From positions 1 to 24,165 of IMG/VR virus record IMGVR_UViG_3300027212_000026: a DNA stretch of 24,165 nucleotides; one strand, 5' to 3'. The first letter of the stretch is position 1; every line of letters starts with the position of its first letter. Of this stretch, positions 1 through 7,711 are shown in pieces. A program made the translations under genes and the position numbers. The notes beneath the pieces are model-generated. The model had not been told where the DNA came from. It saw nothing but the letters and a program-made list of their open reading frames with translations, and did not search any database. Source of the stretch: a virus (Duplodnaviria > Caudoviricetes).

Positions 1-16
1 AATTATTTTTTTTAAT

Positions 17-51
17 ATCCATATCCTATTGATTTATAATAAGATATGGAT
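17..51. other. Stem-loop downstream of the 133-aa ORF
   Basis: ATCCATATCCTATT (17-30) and AATAAGATATGGAT (38-51) form a 14-bp stem with one G-U pair on the minus strand. There is no clear U-tract on the minus strand, so terminator function is uncertain. Confidence 0.4.
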
Positions 52-74
52 TGAAATTATTTTTAATTATTTTT

Positions 75-476
75 TTATTTATCCTGATAATTAGTGTATT
101 CTCTTTTAACTGGTGTTTGTGTATTCTTTTTATGCCTATCCCTAACCATTTTTAAACTATTAAAATGCTCGCTATTAAAATCAATTTTGGGGCTTAACTT
201 ATATTCAATTTTATTCATAAGATTTTTAAAATGAAAACTATCCTCACAATAAATAAATTTCTTAATATACAAATTTAAGTAAGTCATAATTTTAACCTCA
301 ATTAATTCGGTTCTTAAAAAGTGTTCTTCAGATATTCCACAATCTGCAAACCAATCAATATTACTAAAATCAATACAATGTAATAAATCTTTTATAACTT
401 GATTATATTCTTCAATAGAATTAAAGTAAATAGATAAATCAGGGCTTAACTGCTCGGGTCGTTTAAACATCTGCAA
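75..476 (-). CDS. Hypothetical protein (133 aa), replication region
   Basis: The ORF overlaps the end of the DnaC-like gene. No motif recognised. Confidence 0.6.
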   Translation of the reverse strand: MQMFKRPEQLSPDLSIYFNSIEEYNQVIKDLLHCIDFSNIDWFADCGISEEHFLRTELIEVKIMTYLNLYIKKFIYCEDSFHFKNLMNKIEYKLSPKIDFNSEHFNSLKMVRDRHKKNTQTPVKREYTNYQDK

Positions 477-1173
477 ACCTCAAATTTTTTCCATTTTTTT
501 CTATTATGTGGCACATCTCAAATAATCTGCTATAATATATTTCAGTATATCTTTTTTGTAAATCTTTTAGATTAAAGTTTGAAGTGAAATAAAGTTTGTT
601 TTTAAAATCACTATCATTCCACATTGAATATCTAAAATCAATTATATTTGTCATAATATCCTGCTTTTGCCCGTAACTATTCATAATTGGTGTTTCCTTA
701 CCTAAGTCATCAATGTATAAACTTGTTATTCTTGTATTCATTACAGGGCTACAAAGTGCTTCCACGCCTTTTATTTGCTCTTCTAAATAAGCATTTGTAA
801 TATCTCTAATAGTAACAATTTTTAACCGATTATGATTATTTTCAAAGTTATCATATTGAGTGCTTAAATAATAATTAAAAAATGTAGTTTTGCCAGTTCC
901 AGCAGTTCCGATTATGCCTATACCTTTTTTTGTTTTTTGGTAAAATGCTTTATAAAAATAACTATTAATTTCTATTGCAGATTTATCAATAATTGGATTT
1001 TCAATACCCTTACGTTTAAGGTATATTTCAAAGTTTGCTAAATAATTTCTTAAACTTAATTCCCTTTGATTTTCATAAATATAATTAAAATAATTATTAA
1101 CTGCTGTATAATCAATTTCAATTTTTGGGGCGTCTATATTTTCATAACTTTCATTTGAATTTAATACTATCAT
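463..1173 (-). CDS. DnaC/IstB-like AAA+ ATPase (helicase loader)
   Basis: Walker A GTAGTGKT, Walker B LYIDDLGKE, sensor FTSN, and C-terminal SRLFEMC...GKNLR. It lies directly after the initiator with a TAATG overlap. Confidence 0.85.
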   Translation of the reverse strand: MIVLNSNESYENIDAPKIEIDYTAVNNYFNYIYENQRELSLRNYLANFEIYLKRKGIENPIIDKSAIEINSYFYKAFYQKTKKGIGIIGTAGTGKTTFFNYYLSTQYDNFENNHNRLKIVTIRDITNAYLEEQIKGVEALCSPVMNTRITSLYIDDLGKETPIMNSYGQKQDIMTNIIDFRYSMWNDSDFKNKLYFTSNFNLKDLQKRYTEIYYSRLFEMCHIIEKNGKNLRFADV

Positions 1174-2078
1174 TAAAAGTCCTCCACTAACATATTTTTG
1201 CTTAAATCAAAATCAGTGTAATCGGTGTTGTCATTATTGTTTGCTTTCCATTCTAAGTCTATTTGATATTGATATTGTCCCGTGTTTTGAAGTGCATTAT
1301 CATACGCTTCATTTAACCAACTATTTACTGTCAAATAATGACTTCTGCCAAGTTTCCAATTTTTAGGTGTGCTTATCCAATTATCTAATCTATCTAAAAA
1401 TTTGTCTAATTTATCTGCATTCCATTTAGATTTTAATGTTTCAATTTCTTTAGATTTAAAAAATAGGTTTCCTCTATAATTTACCTTACCTTGACTTTTA
1501 TATAAATCATAAACACCTTGACTTGTTAGTCTTTCAGGTGGTGGTGCAAATTTGTCAAAATTTGCTTCTTCTTCTTTATTATAATAAGTAACATTATCAA
1601 TGGTATTATTATTGTAAGAAGTTTTTTTCATACTTAAATTGAAATTTTTTTCATTCTCAACAGTATTTTTTTTCTCAAATTGTGTATTTTTATCATTATT
1701 ATCAATAGGTATGAAATTTTTTTCATTCTTATTGTCATTAAAATCTGAATTAATATTTAATGCTTTTATACCTAAACAAATATAAGTTTTTCTTATTTTT
1801 TGATTATCATAATACATCTCCAATAACTCTAATTCTACTAATTTACTTATAATGTTTTTAATTTGACGTTCTCCAACATTCAATAATGGCAATTCTTTTG
1901 TTATAATTGAAGTATTAATCCAAACATAAATTTTATTATTTTCATTTATATATTTAAAATTATTATAACAACTAATAATATTATATAAAACATCAAATAC
2001 ACAACTTTCGGTTAAACTGATTTTATTTTCAAAATTTTCATAAAGATACTTTTGATTAATAAATAAATTATATTTCAT
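1173..2078 (-). CDS. Phage replication initiator (replisome organizer, lambda O-like arrangement)
   Basis: N-terminal wHTH-like segment (ELPLLNVGERQIKNIISKLVELELL), a low-complexity middle with DNA repeats, and C-terminal LDNW...SHYLTVNSW. It is paired with a DnaC-like gene. Confidence 0.75.
   Translation of the reverse strand: MKYNLFINQKYLYENFENKISLTESCVFDVLYNIISCYNNFKYINENNKIYVWINTSIITKELPLLNVGERQIKNIISKLVELELLEMYYDNQKIRKTYICLGIKALNINSDFNDNKNEKNFIPIDNNDKNTQFEKKNTVENEKNFNLSMKKTSYNNNTIDNVTYYNKEEEANFDKFAPPPERLTSQGVYDLYKSQGKVNYRGNLFFKSKEIETLKSKWNADKLDKFLDRLDNWISTPKNWKLGRSHYLTVNSWLNEAYDNALQNTGQYQYQIDLEWKANNNDNTDYTDFDLSKNMLVEDF
1618..1729. repeat. Iteron-like repeats inside the initiator gene (putative replication origin)
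   Basis: TGAAATTTTTTTCATTCT occurs exactly at 1640-1657 and 1712-1729. Variants start at 1618 (GAAGTTTTTTTCATACT), 1663 and 1684. Confidence 0.6.
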
Positions 2079-2421
2079 TATTTAACCTTGCATTTAATTT
2101 TTTTATAAATATTTTGTTTGGGTCTCTATTATCAGTCCAATAAGGTGGGTCAAAATAGAAAAATAAGTAATTAACACCATCTATTTTATACTTTAATTGG
2201 TCTAAACATAAATAATGCAAAGTCATTTTAAGAATAGGGTATAATTTATGCAAAGTTAAATTCATTAAAGTTGCAAGTTCCTGATAAGTAGTAATAATTT
2301 CGCCATTGTCATCTTTCATATTATCTAAAAATATGTAAAGCAATTTGACTGCTGGTGTCATTTCTATATTTTCATATACTTCATTATCAATATATGAATT
2401 TAACTCGTTTTTATAATACAT
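2068..2421 (-). CDS. Helix-turn-helix domain protein (initiator N-terminus-like)
   Basis: MTPAVKLLYIFLDNMKDDNGEIITTYQELATLMNL resembles the HTH of phage replication proteins. I moved the start from GTG 2463 to ATG 2421, which has GGAG upstream; the longer start falls inside an RNA hairpin. Confidence 0.6.
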   Translation of the reverse strand: MYYKNELNSYIDNEVYENIEMTPAVKLLYIFLDNMKDDNGEIITTYQELATLMNLTLHKLYPILKMTLHYLCLDQLKYKIDGVNYLFFYFDPPYWTDNRDPNKIFIKKLNARLNNEI

Positions 2422-2437
2422 AAATACTCCATAAATT

Positions 2438-2544
2438 AAAAAAACTCTTACAAGGTGTCGCACTTCCTTATAAGAGTTTATTAGTTTGGTATAAATAAAT
2501 TATACCTATTAATTTTTGTAATTATTGAGTGCGACTTCAATAAT
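2438..2544 (-). ncRNA. Putative cis-regulatory structured leader RNA (three hairpins, kissing loops, terminator-like final hairpin)
   Basis: Stems at 2521-2528/2537-2544, 2488-2494/2500-2506 and 2442-2455/2466-2479. The loops GUCGCAC and GUGCGAC are complementary, and a U-run follows the last stem. Confidence 0.6.
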
Positions 2545-2761
2545 AGATTTATTTTTAATTTTAGTAATTTAGATTATAAACGTAATTGCTTAACATTTAT
2601 TTTACAAAAATACAAAATATTTCTGAAATAAAAAAAAATTATTTTACTAATATGTAATTAACATTATCAATAAAAAAATTAATATACTCGCAAAAAACAT
2701 ATTGATTAATAACGTTTTAAAGACTTCAGCGGGTCTTTTATGCTTATCCTCATATAAATAT

Positions 2762-3238
2762 TTATCTAACATTATTATCCTCCTGTGAGTACCTAAATAT
2801 GTATTCTTTATTTTTGTATTTCTCTGGCATTGCTACATCTAAAAATTTTCTAACTTGCAATTCAATATCTAACGCTTCATTCAATTTTACATAATGCCGT
2901 GTTGTTGTATCTGAAGTGAATTTAATGCAATAATTTGCACTTGAATATTTTTCAGGGTTTGGATTTCTTTTAATTACATTAATTAATTTATGCTTTTTAT
3001 AATCCATTAATACCTTATTATCTTTTACAATTATTTTCTTCTCAAAAAATGTATTGTAGTTAAAATCAGATATTTCTAAATAATTTCTTTTACTACTAAC
3101 TTTTACAATATCATTCTTGATTAATTCATTAATCCACAATCTAACTTCTTTGTCGTTAAAGTCATTAATTGTTACAAATTTATCTTTAATTCTTTTTACG
3201 GTTTGTTGTTGTTTTTCTTTATTCATTATCGGCTCCAA
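2762..3238 (-). CDS. Hypothetical protein (about 154-158 aa)
   Basis: The ORF overlaps the end of thyX; the start may be the ATG at 3226. No motif recognised. Confidence 0.6.
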   Translation of the reverse strand: MEPIMNKEKQQQTVKRIKDKFVTINDFNDKEVRLWINELIKNDIVKVSSKRNYLEISDFNYNTFFEKKIIVKDNKVLMDYKKHKLINVIKRNPNPEKYSSANYCIKFTSDTTTRHYVKLNEALDIELQVRKFLDVAMPEKYKNKEYIFRYSQEDNNVR

Positions 3239-3881
3239 ATAAACTAATAAATTCTTTTGCTAATATCTCTTTTATTGCATCTGCTATAATCCTATGTTCT
3301 TTTTGAGTTGCTTTATCGGCTCGCAATTCAATATAATGTAACCAACTTCTAAGGTTGCCTGTCATATATAAAGTTGTTGAACAATTTTGGGGCAGTATAA
3401 ACCGTGCAACTTCTTTTGCTATACCAAAGTTTAGCATATCATTATATAATTGAACTGTGGTCGTTTGTAACTGCTCTATTGCGTGTTTAAAATTGATTAA
3501 CTTGTAACTTTGTAAATTATTATCAATTTCTATACTATTTTGTCGGTTTTGATTATCTTGAAGTCTAAATTCTATCGGCTCAAATTCTAAATTGCTTTTT
3601 GAATATCTGCCACTAAATTGTTGAAAAACAAAACTTCTATGCCTTAAAATCTGCGTTGCTATTGCTAATGATGTAGTTATCTCAAACGTCATATTAATAT
3701 GTTCAAATACTGACCAATGCTTATTTTTAATGCAATACTTTAATAATTTTGCACTTGTTAAAGTATTCATTTGATTTGAAGGGTTAGAAACCCTTGCAAT
3801 ATAAGATATTAACTCTTCGCTGTTAAAGTGCTTTAAATCCTCTGCAACCGGCTTTGTTATTGATATTAATTTAGTTTTCAT
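3219..3881 (-). CDS. thyX: FAD-dependent thymidylate synthase
   Basis: ThyX signature RHRSFVFQQFSGRY (RHRx7S), plus HWSVFEH, KEVARFILP, GNLRSWLHYIELR and TQKEHR. Confidence 0.95.
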   Translation of the reverse strand: MKTKLISITKPVAEDLKHFNSEELISYIARVSNPSNQMNTLTSAKLLKYCIKNKHWSVFEHINMTFEITTSLAIATQILRHRSFVFQQFSGRYSKSNLEFEPIEFRLQDNQNRQNSIEIDNNLQSYKLINFKHAIEQLQTTTVQLYNDMLNFGIAKEVARFILPQNCSTTLYMTGNLRSWLHYIELRADKATQKEHRIIADAIKEILAKEFISLFGADNE

Positions 3882-4099
3882 TATTTAGTCCTTCTAATTT
3901 CACAAAATTTGCAATTACCTTTGTGAGTATAAACATAATGGTTCCCTCTGGTGTAATTTCTAAAATATTCACAACTATCTATTTCAACTATATCGTAATT
4001 TAGATATACTATTTCTTTTTCAGTCATATTCCCACTATCATTATTATTGCAACCAATGGATAACAACATAATAATATAAAATATATATTTAGTTGTCAT
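3881..4099 (-). CDS. Small putative lipoprotein with Cys/His motif
   Basis: Signal peptide MTTKYIFYIIMLLSIG-C (lipobox-like), then IDSCEY and THKGNCKFC. Confidence 0.55.
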   Translation of the reverse strand: MTTKYIFYIIMLLSIGCNNNDSGNMTEKEIVYLNYDIVEIDSCEYFRNYTRGNHYVYTHKGNCKFCEIRRTK

Positions 4100-4259
4100 T
4101 ATTTAATCCTTTTGCTAATTCATTACTAACTGCAGTATCAAACTCTTTAAATGTCTCTACATCAAACATCAATATCTCTTTATTTATTTTTAAAATTAAT
4201 TTATTATCTTTAAAGTTAATTTGAATTAATTTGTTATTGTAATCTCTTATTTCAGTCAT
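4089..4259 (-). CDS. Hypothetical protein (56 aa, MTEIRDYNN...)
   Basis: I moved the start to the ATG at 4259, which gives an ATGA overlap with the stop of the upstream gene. Confidence 0.55.
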   Translation of the reverse strand: MTEIRDYNNKLIQINFKDNKLILKINKEILMFDVETFKEFDTAVSNELAKGLNNDN

Positions 4260-4498
4260 TTTAGTTCTCCAGTTTCGGCGAATTCTTGCAATACTTTGAT
4301 TAAATCTTTGGCTGTTTCTTGAGTAAGTCTTATCGAAGTTACACAATCGCAATCGCAATCAATATCATATTTTAATTGCATATCTATTATATTTTGAATA
4401 ATCGGCTTTGTTATTTGCAAATATGTAATTTCTACATTATCTCTTGTATGGTCTAAAAAATTATAAATTACTTTTCCATATTTTGTTGATTTTGTCAT
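4256..4498 (-). CDS. Hypothetical protein (80 aa)
   Basis: ATG start and coupling to the next gene. Contains DCDCDC encoded by a GATTGC hexamer repeat. Confidence 0.6.
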   Translation of the reverse strand: MTKSTKYGKVIYNFLDHTRDNVEITYLQITKPIIQNIIDMQLKYDIDCDCDCVTSIRLTQETAKDLIKVLQEFAETGELK

Positions 4499-4519
4499 TT
4501 TAATTTTAATTTAGTATTT

Positions 4520-4586
4520 AAAAATAATAGGCAAGTCAGAAAATTTTAAAAAGTAGTAGTTAAAAAAACAAACCAACTTACCTATT
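4520..4586 (-). terminator. Long-loop stem-loop, possible terminator or processing site
   Basis: AAUAGGUAAGU (4586-4576) pairs with ACUUGCCUAUU (4536-4526) over 11 bp with one G-U, followed by AUUUUU. Confidence 0.4.
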
Positions 4587-4671
4587 TGTTAAAGAATTGT
4601 GAGTAAAATTTGAACTTAATTGAAGTTTGCAATCTTATACTAAATTCAAATTGTTTTTTTATTTATTCATA

Positions 4672-4779
4672 TTACAACCCCCTATTTGTTAAGTTATCAA
4701 AATAAGCACATATTAAGAATGCTACTCCAAATATTGCTATCCAAAGCAACTCTTTTTTTGTAAATTTTTCAAATTTCAT
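4672..4779 (-). CDS. Small membrane protein (35 aa), not in the ORF track
   Basis: Hand translation gives MKFEKFTKKELLWIAIFGVAFLICAYFDNLTNRGL*, with one TM helix. It starts 1 nt after the upstream stop. Confidence 0.6.
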   Translation of the reverse strand: MKFEKFTKKELLWIAIFGVAFLICAYFDNLTNRGL

Positions 4780-4780
4780 T

Positions 4781-4978
4781 TTAAACATACTCCATTAATA
4801 AATTTTCTAAAATTTGTTTTTTTTCTTGCAACTCTTCTATTTCACATCTCAAACAATGCAATTCAAAAGATGTTGATGACTTTTTTGATTTTTCTAATAT
4901 TGAATAATCATAATAACAATTTTCTAATCTAATATTTAAAATTGCAATATCATTATTTATAACTTCGTTGCTATTCAT
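4781..4978 (-). CDS. Hypothetical protein (65 aa, coiled-coil)
   Basis: ATG directly downstream of one copy of the 31-bp leader repeat. Confidence 0.55.
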   Translation of the reverse strand: MNSNEVINNDIAILNIRLENCYYDYSILEKSKKSSTSFELHCLRCEIEELQEKKQILENLLMEYV

Positions 4979-4982
4979 TTAA

Positions 4983-5013
4983 GTAACCTATAAATAAAAA
5001 GTTTTAAAAAGTG
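4983..5013. repeat. 31-bp direct repeat, copy 1
   Basis: GTAACCTATAAATAAAAAGTTTTAAAAAGTG, 30/31 identical to 5273-5303. Confidence 0.9.
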
Positions 5014-5028
5014 GGCTGTTTCCAGCCC
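5006..5028 (-). terminator. Intrinsic terminator-like hairpin
   Basis: GGGCTG-GAAA-CAGCCC followed by ACTTTTT on the minus strand, just after the stop of the 76-aa gene. Confidence 0.6.
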
Positions 5029-5038
5029 TTTGATTTAA

Positions 5039-5269
5039 TTATATAATTGGAAAAATTGCTAATCGTTTAAATCCATTTGCTTCAACTTTAATTAATTTAT
5101 ATTGATTAGAGAATTTTAATAGTTTATCATATTCTTCTGACTCACTAACTCTTTCTTTTAAATCAATATTAAAGTAATTTTTGCCATTAAAATTTTCAGA
5201 TAATACCAAATCTAAATTTATTTGTTTTTTTATTAATTCTAAAGTGCTTTTGATTGTGCTATAATTCAT
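5039..5269 (-). CDS. Hypothetical protein (76 aa), first gene after the putative early promoter
   Basis: ATG directly downstream of the second leader repeat copy. Confidence 0.65.
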   Translation of the reverse strand: MNYSTIKSTLELIKKQINLDLVLSENFNGKNYFNIDLKERVSESEEYDKLLKFSNQYKLIKVEANGFKRLAIFPII

Positions 5270-5272
5270 TTT

Positions 5273-5303
5273 GTAACCTATAAATAAAAAGTTTTTAAAA
5301 GTG
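5273..5303. repeat. 31-bp direct repeat, copy 2
   Basis: GTAACCTATAAATAAAAAGTTTTTAAAAGTG, one mismatch to 4983-5013. Confidence 0.9.
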
Positions 5304-5321
5304 CGTCATTTATTTGAATAC

Positions 5322-5350
5322 AATTTAAGAAATATTTTTATAAAATCCAA
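5322..5350 (-). promoter_or_regulatory. Putative sigma70-type early promoter
   Basis: TTGGAT-17 nt-TAAATT on the minus strand, with an extremely AT-rich upstream tract, at the boundary between structural and small early genes. Confidence 0.45.
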
Positions 5351-5464
5351 ATAAATATAAAAATAAATTGAAAATAAATTAAAAAAAGTTACAAAAAATA
5401 TTTCTAATCTTTGTAACTCTATATAAATTAAGCATTTAAAATAAATAAATAATTTTAAATAATT

Positions 5465-5953
5465 TTAAATAATTTGTGTATAATTTTCTATTTTTAGCAA
5501 AAAAGAGTTTGCAGTTATTGGATAACCTATTTTTTGGATTAAATCTTCAGTCCCACTTGCACTTGTTAATAATGTTTGTGAGTAGTTTGGATTGCCTGAC
5601 CTTATGTAAATTGGACTATCTGGGTATGTAGTTAAAGTTAGTGAAGTGTTTATAATTCCACTTAAAATTACAGTTGCTATGGCTCCGTCTAAAACCGTGC
5701 TTTTAACCACTCCTATCGGCTGTAAATTATCTGAATTAAAATTAGTTGCTTTGTATGCTAAGTTATCTTTAATAGCAACCAACCAACCAGCTGTTAAATT
5801 CATTCCCGCTTCAACTTCAATTTCACTATTTTGAATAATTGTAGGTGTATCATTTTCTGCAATATTAGTATAAACACTATTAGTACTAACTTGCAATTCA
5901 TTAATCATATTTCGTGTTGAAATTACATTATTTTCTAACCTATTAAGTGGCAT
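5465..5953 (-). CDS. Putative virion structural protein (DUF2190/cement-like beta fold), last gene of the tail module
   Basis: The pattern EAGMNLTAGWLV...KA...PIGVV...GAIATVILSG...IY...LIQKIGY resembles small phage cement/fibre-base domains. Confidence 0.5.
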   Translation of the reverse strand: MPLNRLENNVISTRNMINELQVSTNSVYTNIAENDTPTIIQNSEIEVEAGMNLTAGWLVAIKDNLAYKATNFNSDNLQPIGVVKSTVLDGAIATVILSGIINTSLTLTTYPDSPIYIRSGNPNYSQTLLTSASGTEDLIQKIGYPITANSFLLKIENYTQII

Positions 5954-7702
5954 TTATTCCCCTCGTATAAATAATTTTATTTTTGATATACCTGTTAATA
6001 AATCAATTTCACAACTTGTTAAAACGTGATTTGTTGTAAAAAACCATTCTGAAGGTAAATTTAATATTGTGCTTAAATCTGAAACTATTTTATCTCCTAC
6101 ATCTCTTGGCTTTATTAAATAATCTAAAACTTCACACTCTAATAACATTGCTTTATCATTCATTATTGAAGCGTATGCTTTACTCTGTACGTAATTTAAA
6201 CCACTTTTATTATATCTTACATTTGCCCACTCAATTAATTTTTGTCTATTTTTTATATTATTACCAATGCTTTTATCATCAAGTGGGTCTATTGTGTCGC
6301 CTGTAATACTTTCATTATATATTGTTTTTGTAGTTTCAGTTCCTAACATCACACTACAATTTGCGTGAGTTAAATATATATCATTATTACGGGTACTATC
6401 TGTATAATATAAATGATTAATTTGTATTGGTGGTAAATAAAATGCTAAATTAAAATAATCCTTTTCATCACCAATTTGTGCGTTATTTGTAAATAATGCT
6501 TTATTATCAAAACTATCTTGTTTTAAACTTCCATAAACTTTATAAGTGTTTTTATTTTGATTTTGATTGAATGCTTTATAACTAACAGTGCTTTCTGCTA
6601 TCGCATAAACACCTCTAATTAACTTAACTTCACCTGCTATGCTATCTGCACCCAAACTAATTGAACCACCTGCTAAACTGTCGTATGGTGCTTTAAATCT
6701 TAAGTTTAATTTGTTTGTTCCTGTGCTTGCATATTTAAAATTTAGTTTAGTAATAAATTGTTCGCATAAACTATTCAATAAATCATTCGCATTTTTAAAT
6801 TGATAAAAACCGTCTTTTGATTTTGGACTATACAAACCACCAACAATATTACTATCTAAGGTTATACTACCAATCATTTTAATATCGGTATTACTTCCTA
6901 AACCTGCACCTTCTTGAGTAGTTAAATCATATAATTGTTTTTTAAAAGCCCAATTAGTTAAAAATGTATTTGTGTAATCAATACCTTCAGTTCCTAACCA
7001 ATTTCTACAATATACTAAACTATTAACTTCTATTTGAGATTTTAACCAGTTCATAATATTGTTTGGCGTAAATGTTACAAAACTATTATAGTTTTTAGAA
7101 GCCAAACCACTTAAAGAAACTAATTGGCTACTACTATTTGTACCATAAAATGAAAATTCAAATATATTATTTGTTAATGCACTTGAACCTGTAATTATTG
7201 AAAAATCTGTAATTTTATTTAATAAAAAATTCTCAATACTCAATACTTTTAAATCAAAAGTTTGAGTTTCACCAAATTTAAAAGTATATTCTTGTTCAGG
7301 TATAACGTCTTGACAACCCCAAAACTCTACTATATCATAAGTAACATCAGAAGCACCACGCCCATTATTGCTCAATATTCTAAATTGATTTGGATAAAAT
7401 TCATTTGAAATAACTTGACCACCAATTAATATCCAATTTTTTAAAACAGTAAAATCACCTTGCAATACTCCAAAATCTATTTTTAAATTTAATAAAGATG
7501 CTTTTTGCTTTCCAAACGGCAAACCCTCTTCAAAATCACTTAATATGCTAATTTCATCAAAGAACATAGGCGGTAAAAATTCACTATCATAAGTACCAAC
7601 TGCGGTATTAGAACCACGTAAAAACTCTAATTGAAAGTTCCACGCTTTATTGCTTCTTGAAGTGAAATTATATCTATAAATATTATTATTACTTAATGGC
7701 AT
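5954..7702 (-). CDS. Putative tail tip/baseplate hub protein (582 aa)
   Basis: Second gene after the tape measure, large and beta-rich, with an AGGA RBS. Call based on synteny. Confidence 0.55.
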   Translation of the reverse strand: MPLSNNNIYRYNFTSRSNKAWNFQLEFLRGSNTAVGTYDSEFLPPMFFDEISILSDFEEGLPFGKQKASLLNLKIDFGVLQGDFTVLKNWILIGGQVISNEFYPNQFRILSNNGRGASDVTYDIVEFWGCQDVIPEQEYTFKFGETQTFDLKVLSIENFLLNKITDFSIITGSSALTNNIFEFSFYGTNSSSQLVSLSGLASKNYNSFVTFTPNNIMNWLKSQIEVNSLVYCRNWLGTEGIDYTNTFLTNWAFKKQLYDLTTQEGAGLGSNTDIKMIGSITLDSNIVGGLYSPKSKDGFYQFKNANDLLNSLCEQFITKLNFKYASTGTNKLNLRFKAPYDSLAGGSISLGADSIAGEVKLIRGVYAIAESTVSYKAFNQNQNKNTYKVYGSLKQDSFDNKALFTNNAQIGDEKDYFNLAFYLPPIQINHLYYTDSTRNNDIYLTHANCSVMLGTETTKTIYNESITGDTIDPLDDKSIGNNIKNRQKLIEWANVRYNKSGLNYVQSKAYASIMNDKAMLLECEVLDYLIKPRDVGDKIVSDLSTILNLPSEWFFTTNHVLTSCEIDLLTGISKIKLFIRGE

Positions 7703-7711
7703 TTTATATTC

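Noticed and set aside
2422-2463. N-terminal extension MRHLVRVFLIYGVF of the 131-aa ORF
   Set aside because: The GTG lies in the loop of a strong hairpin, while the ATG at 2421 has a GGAG RBS.
2605-2612. Bacteroidota-type -7 promoter element TATTTTTG upstream of the structured leader
   Set aside because: No TTTG -33 element at the right spacing, and the motif is likely by chance in AT-rich DNA. Many genes here use SD sequences, so the host phylum is not assignable from this.
2706-2753. 15-codon ORF (MRISIKDPLKSLKRY) and a 6-bp AAAGAC/GTCTTT hairpin
   Set aside because: Both are too short or weak, with no RBS and no U-tract.
4260-4358. N-terminal extension of the 89-aa ORF
   Set aside because: It overlaps the upstream gene by about 100 nt; the ATG at 4259 gives a typical ATGA coupling.
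4345-4361. CAATCG hexamer microsatellite encoding DCDCDC
   Set aside because: Fewer than three full copies and in frame; no evidence of phase variation.
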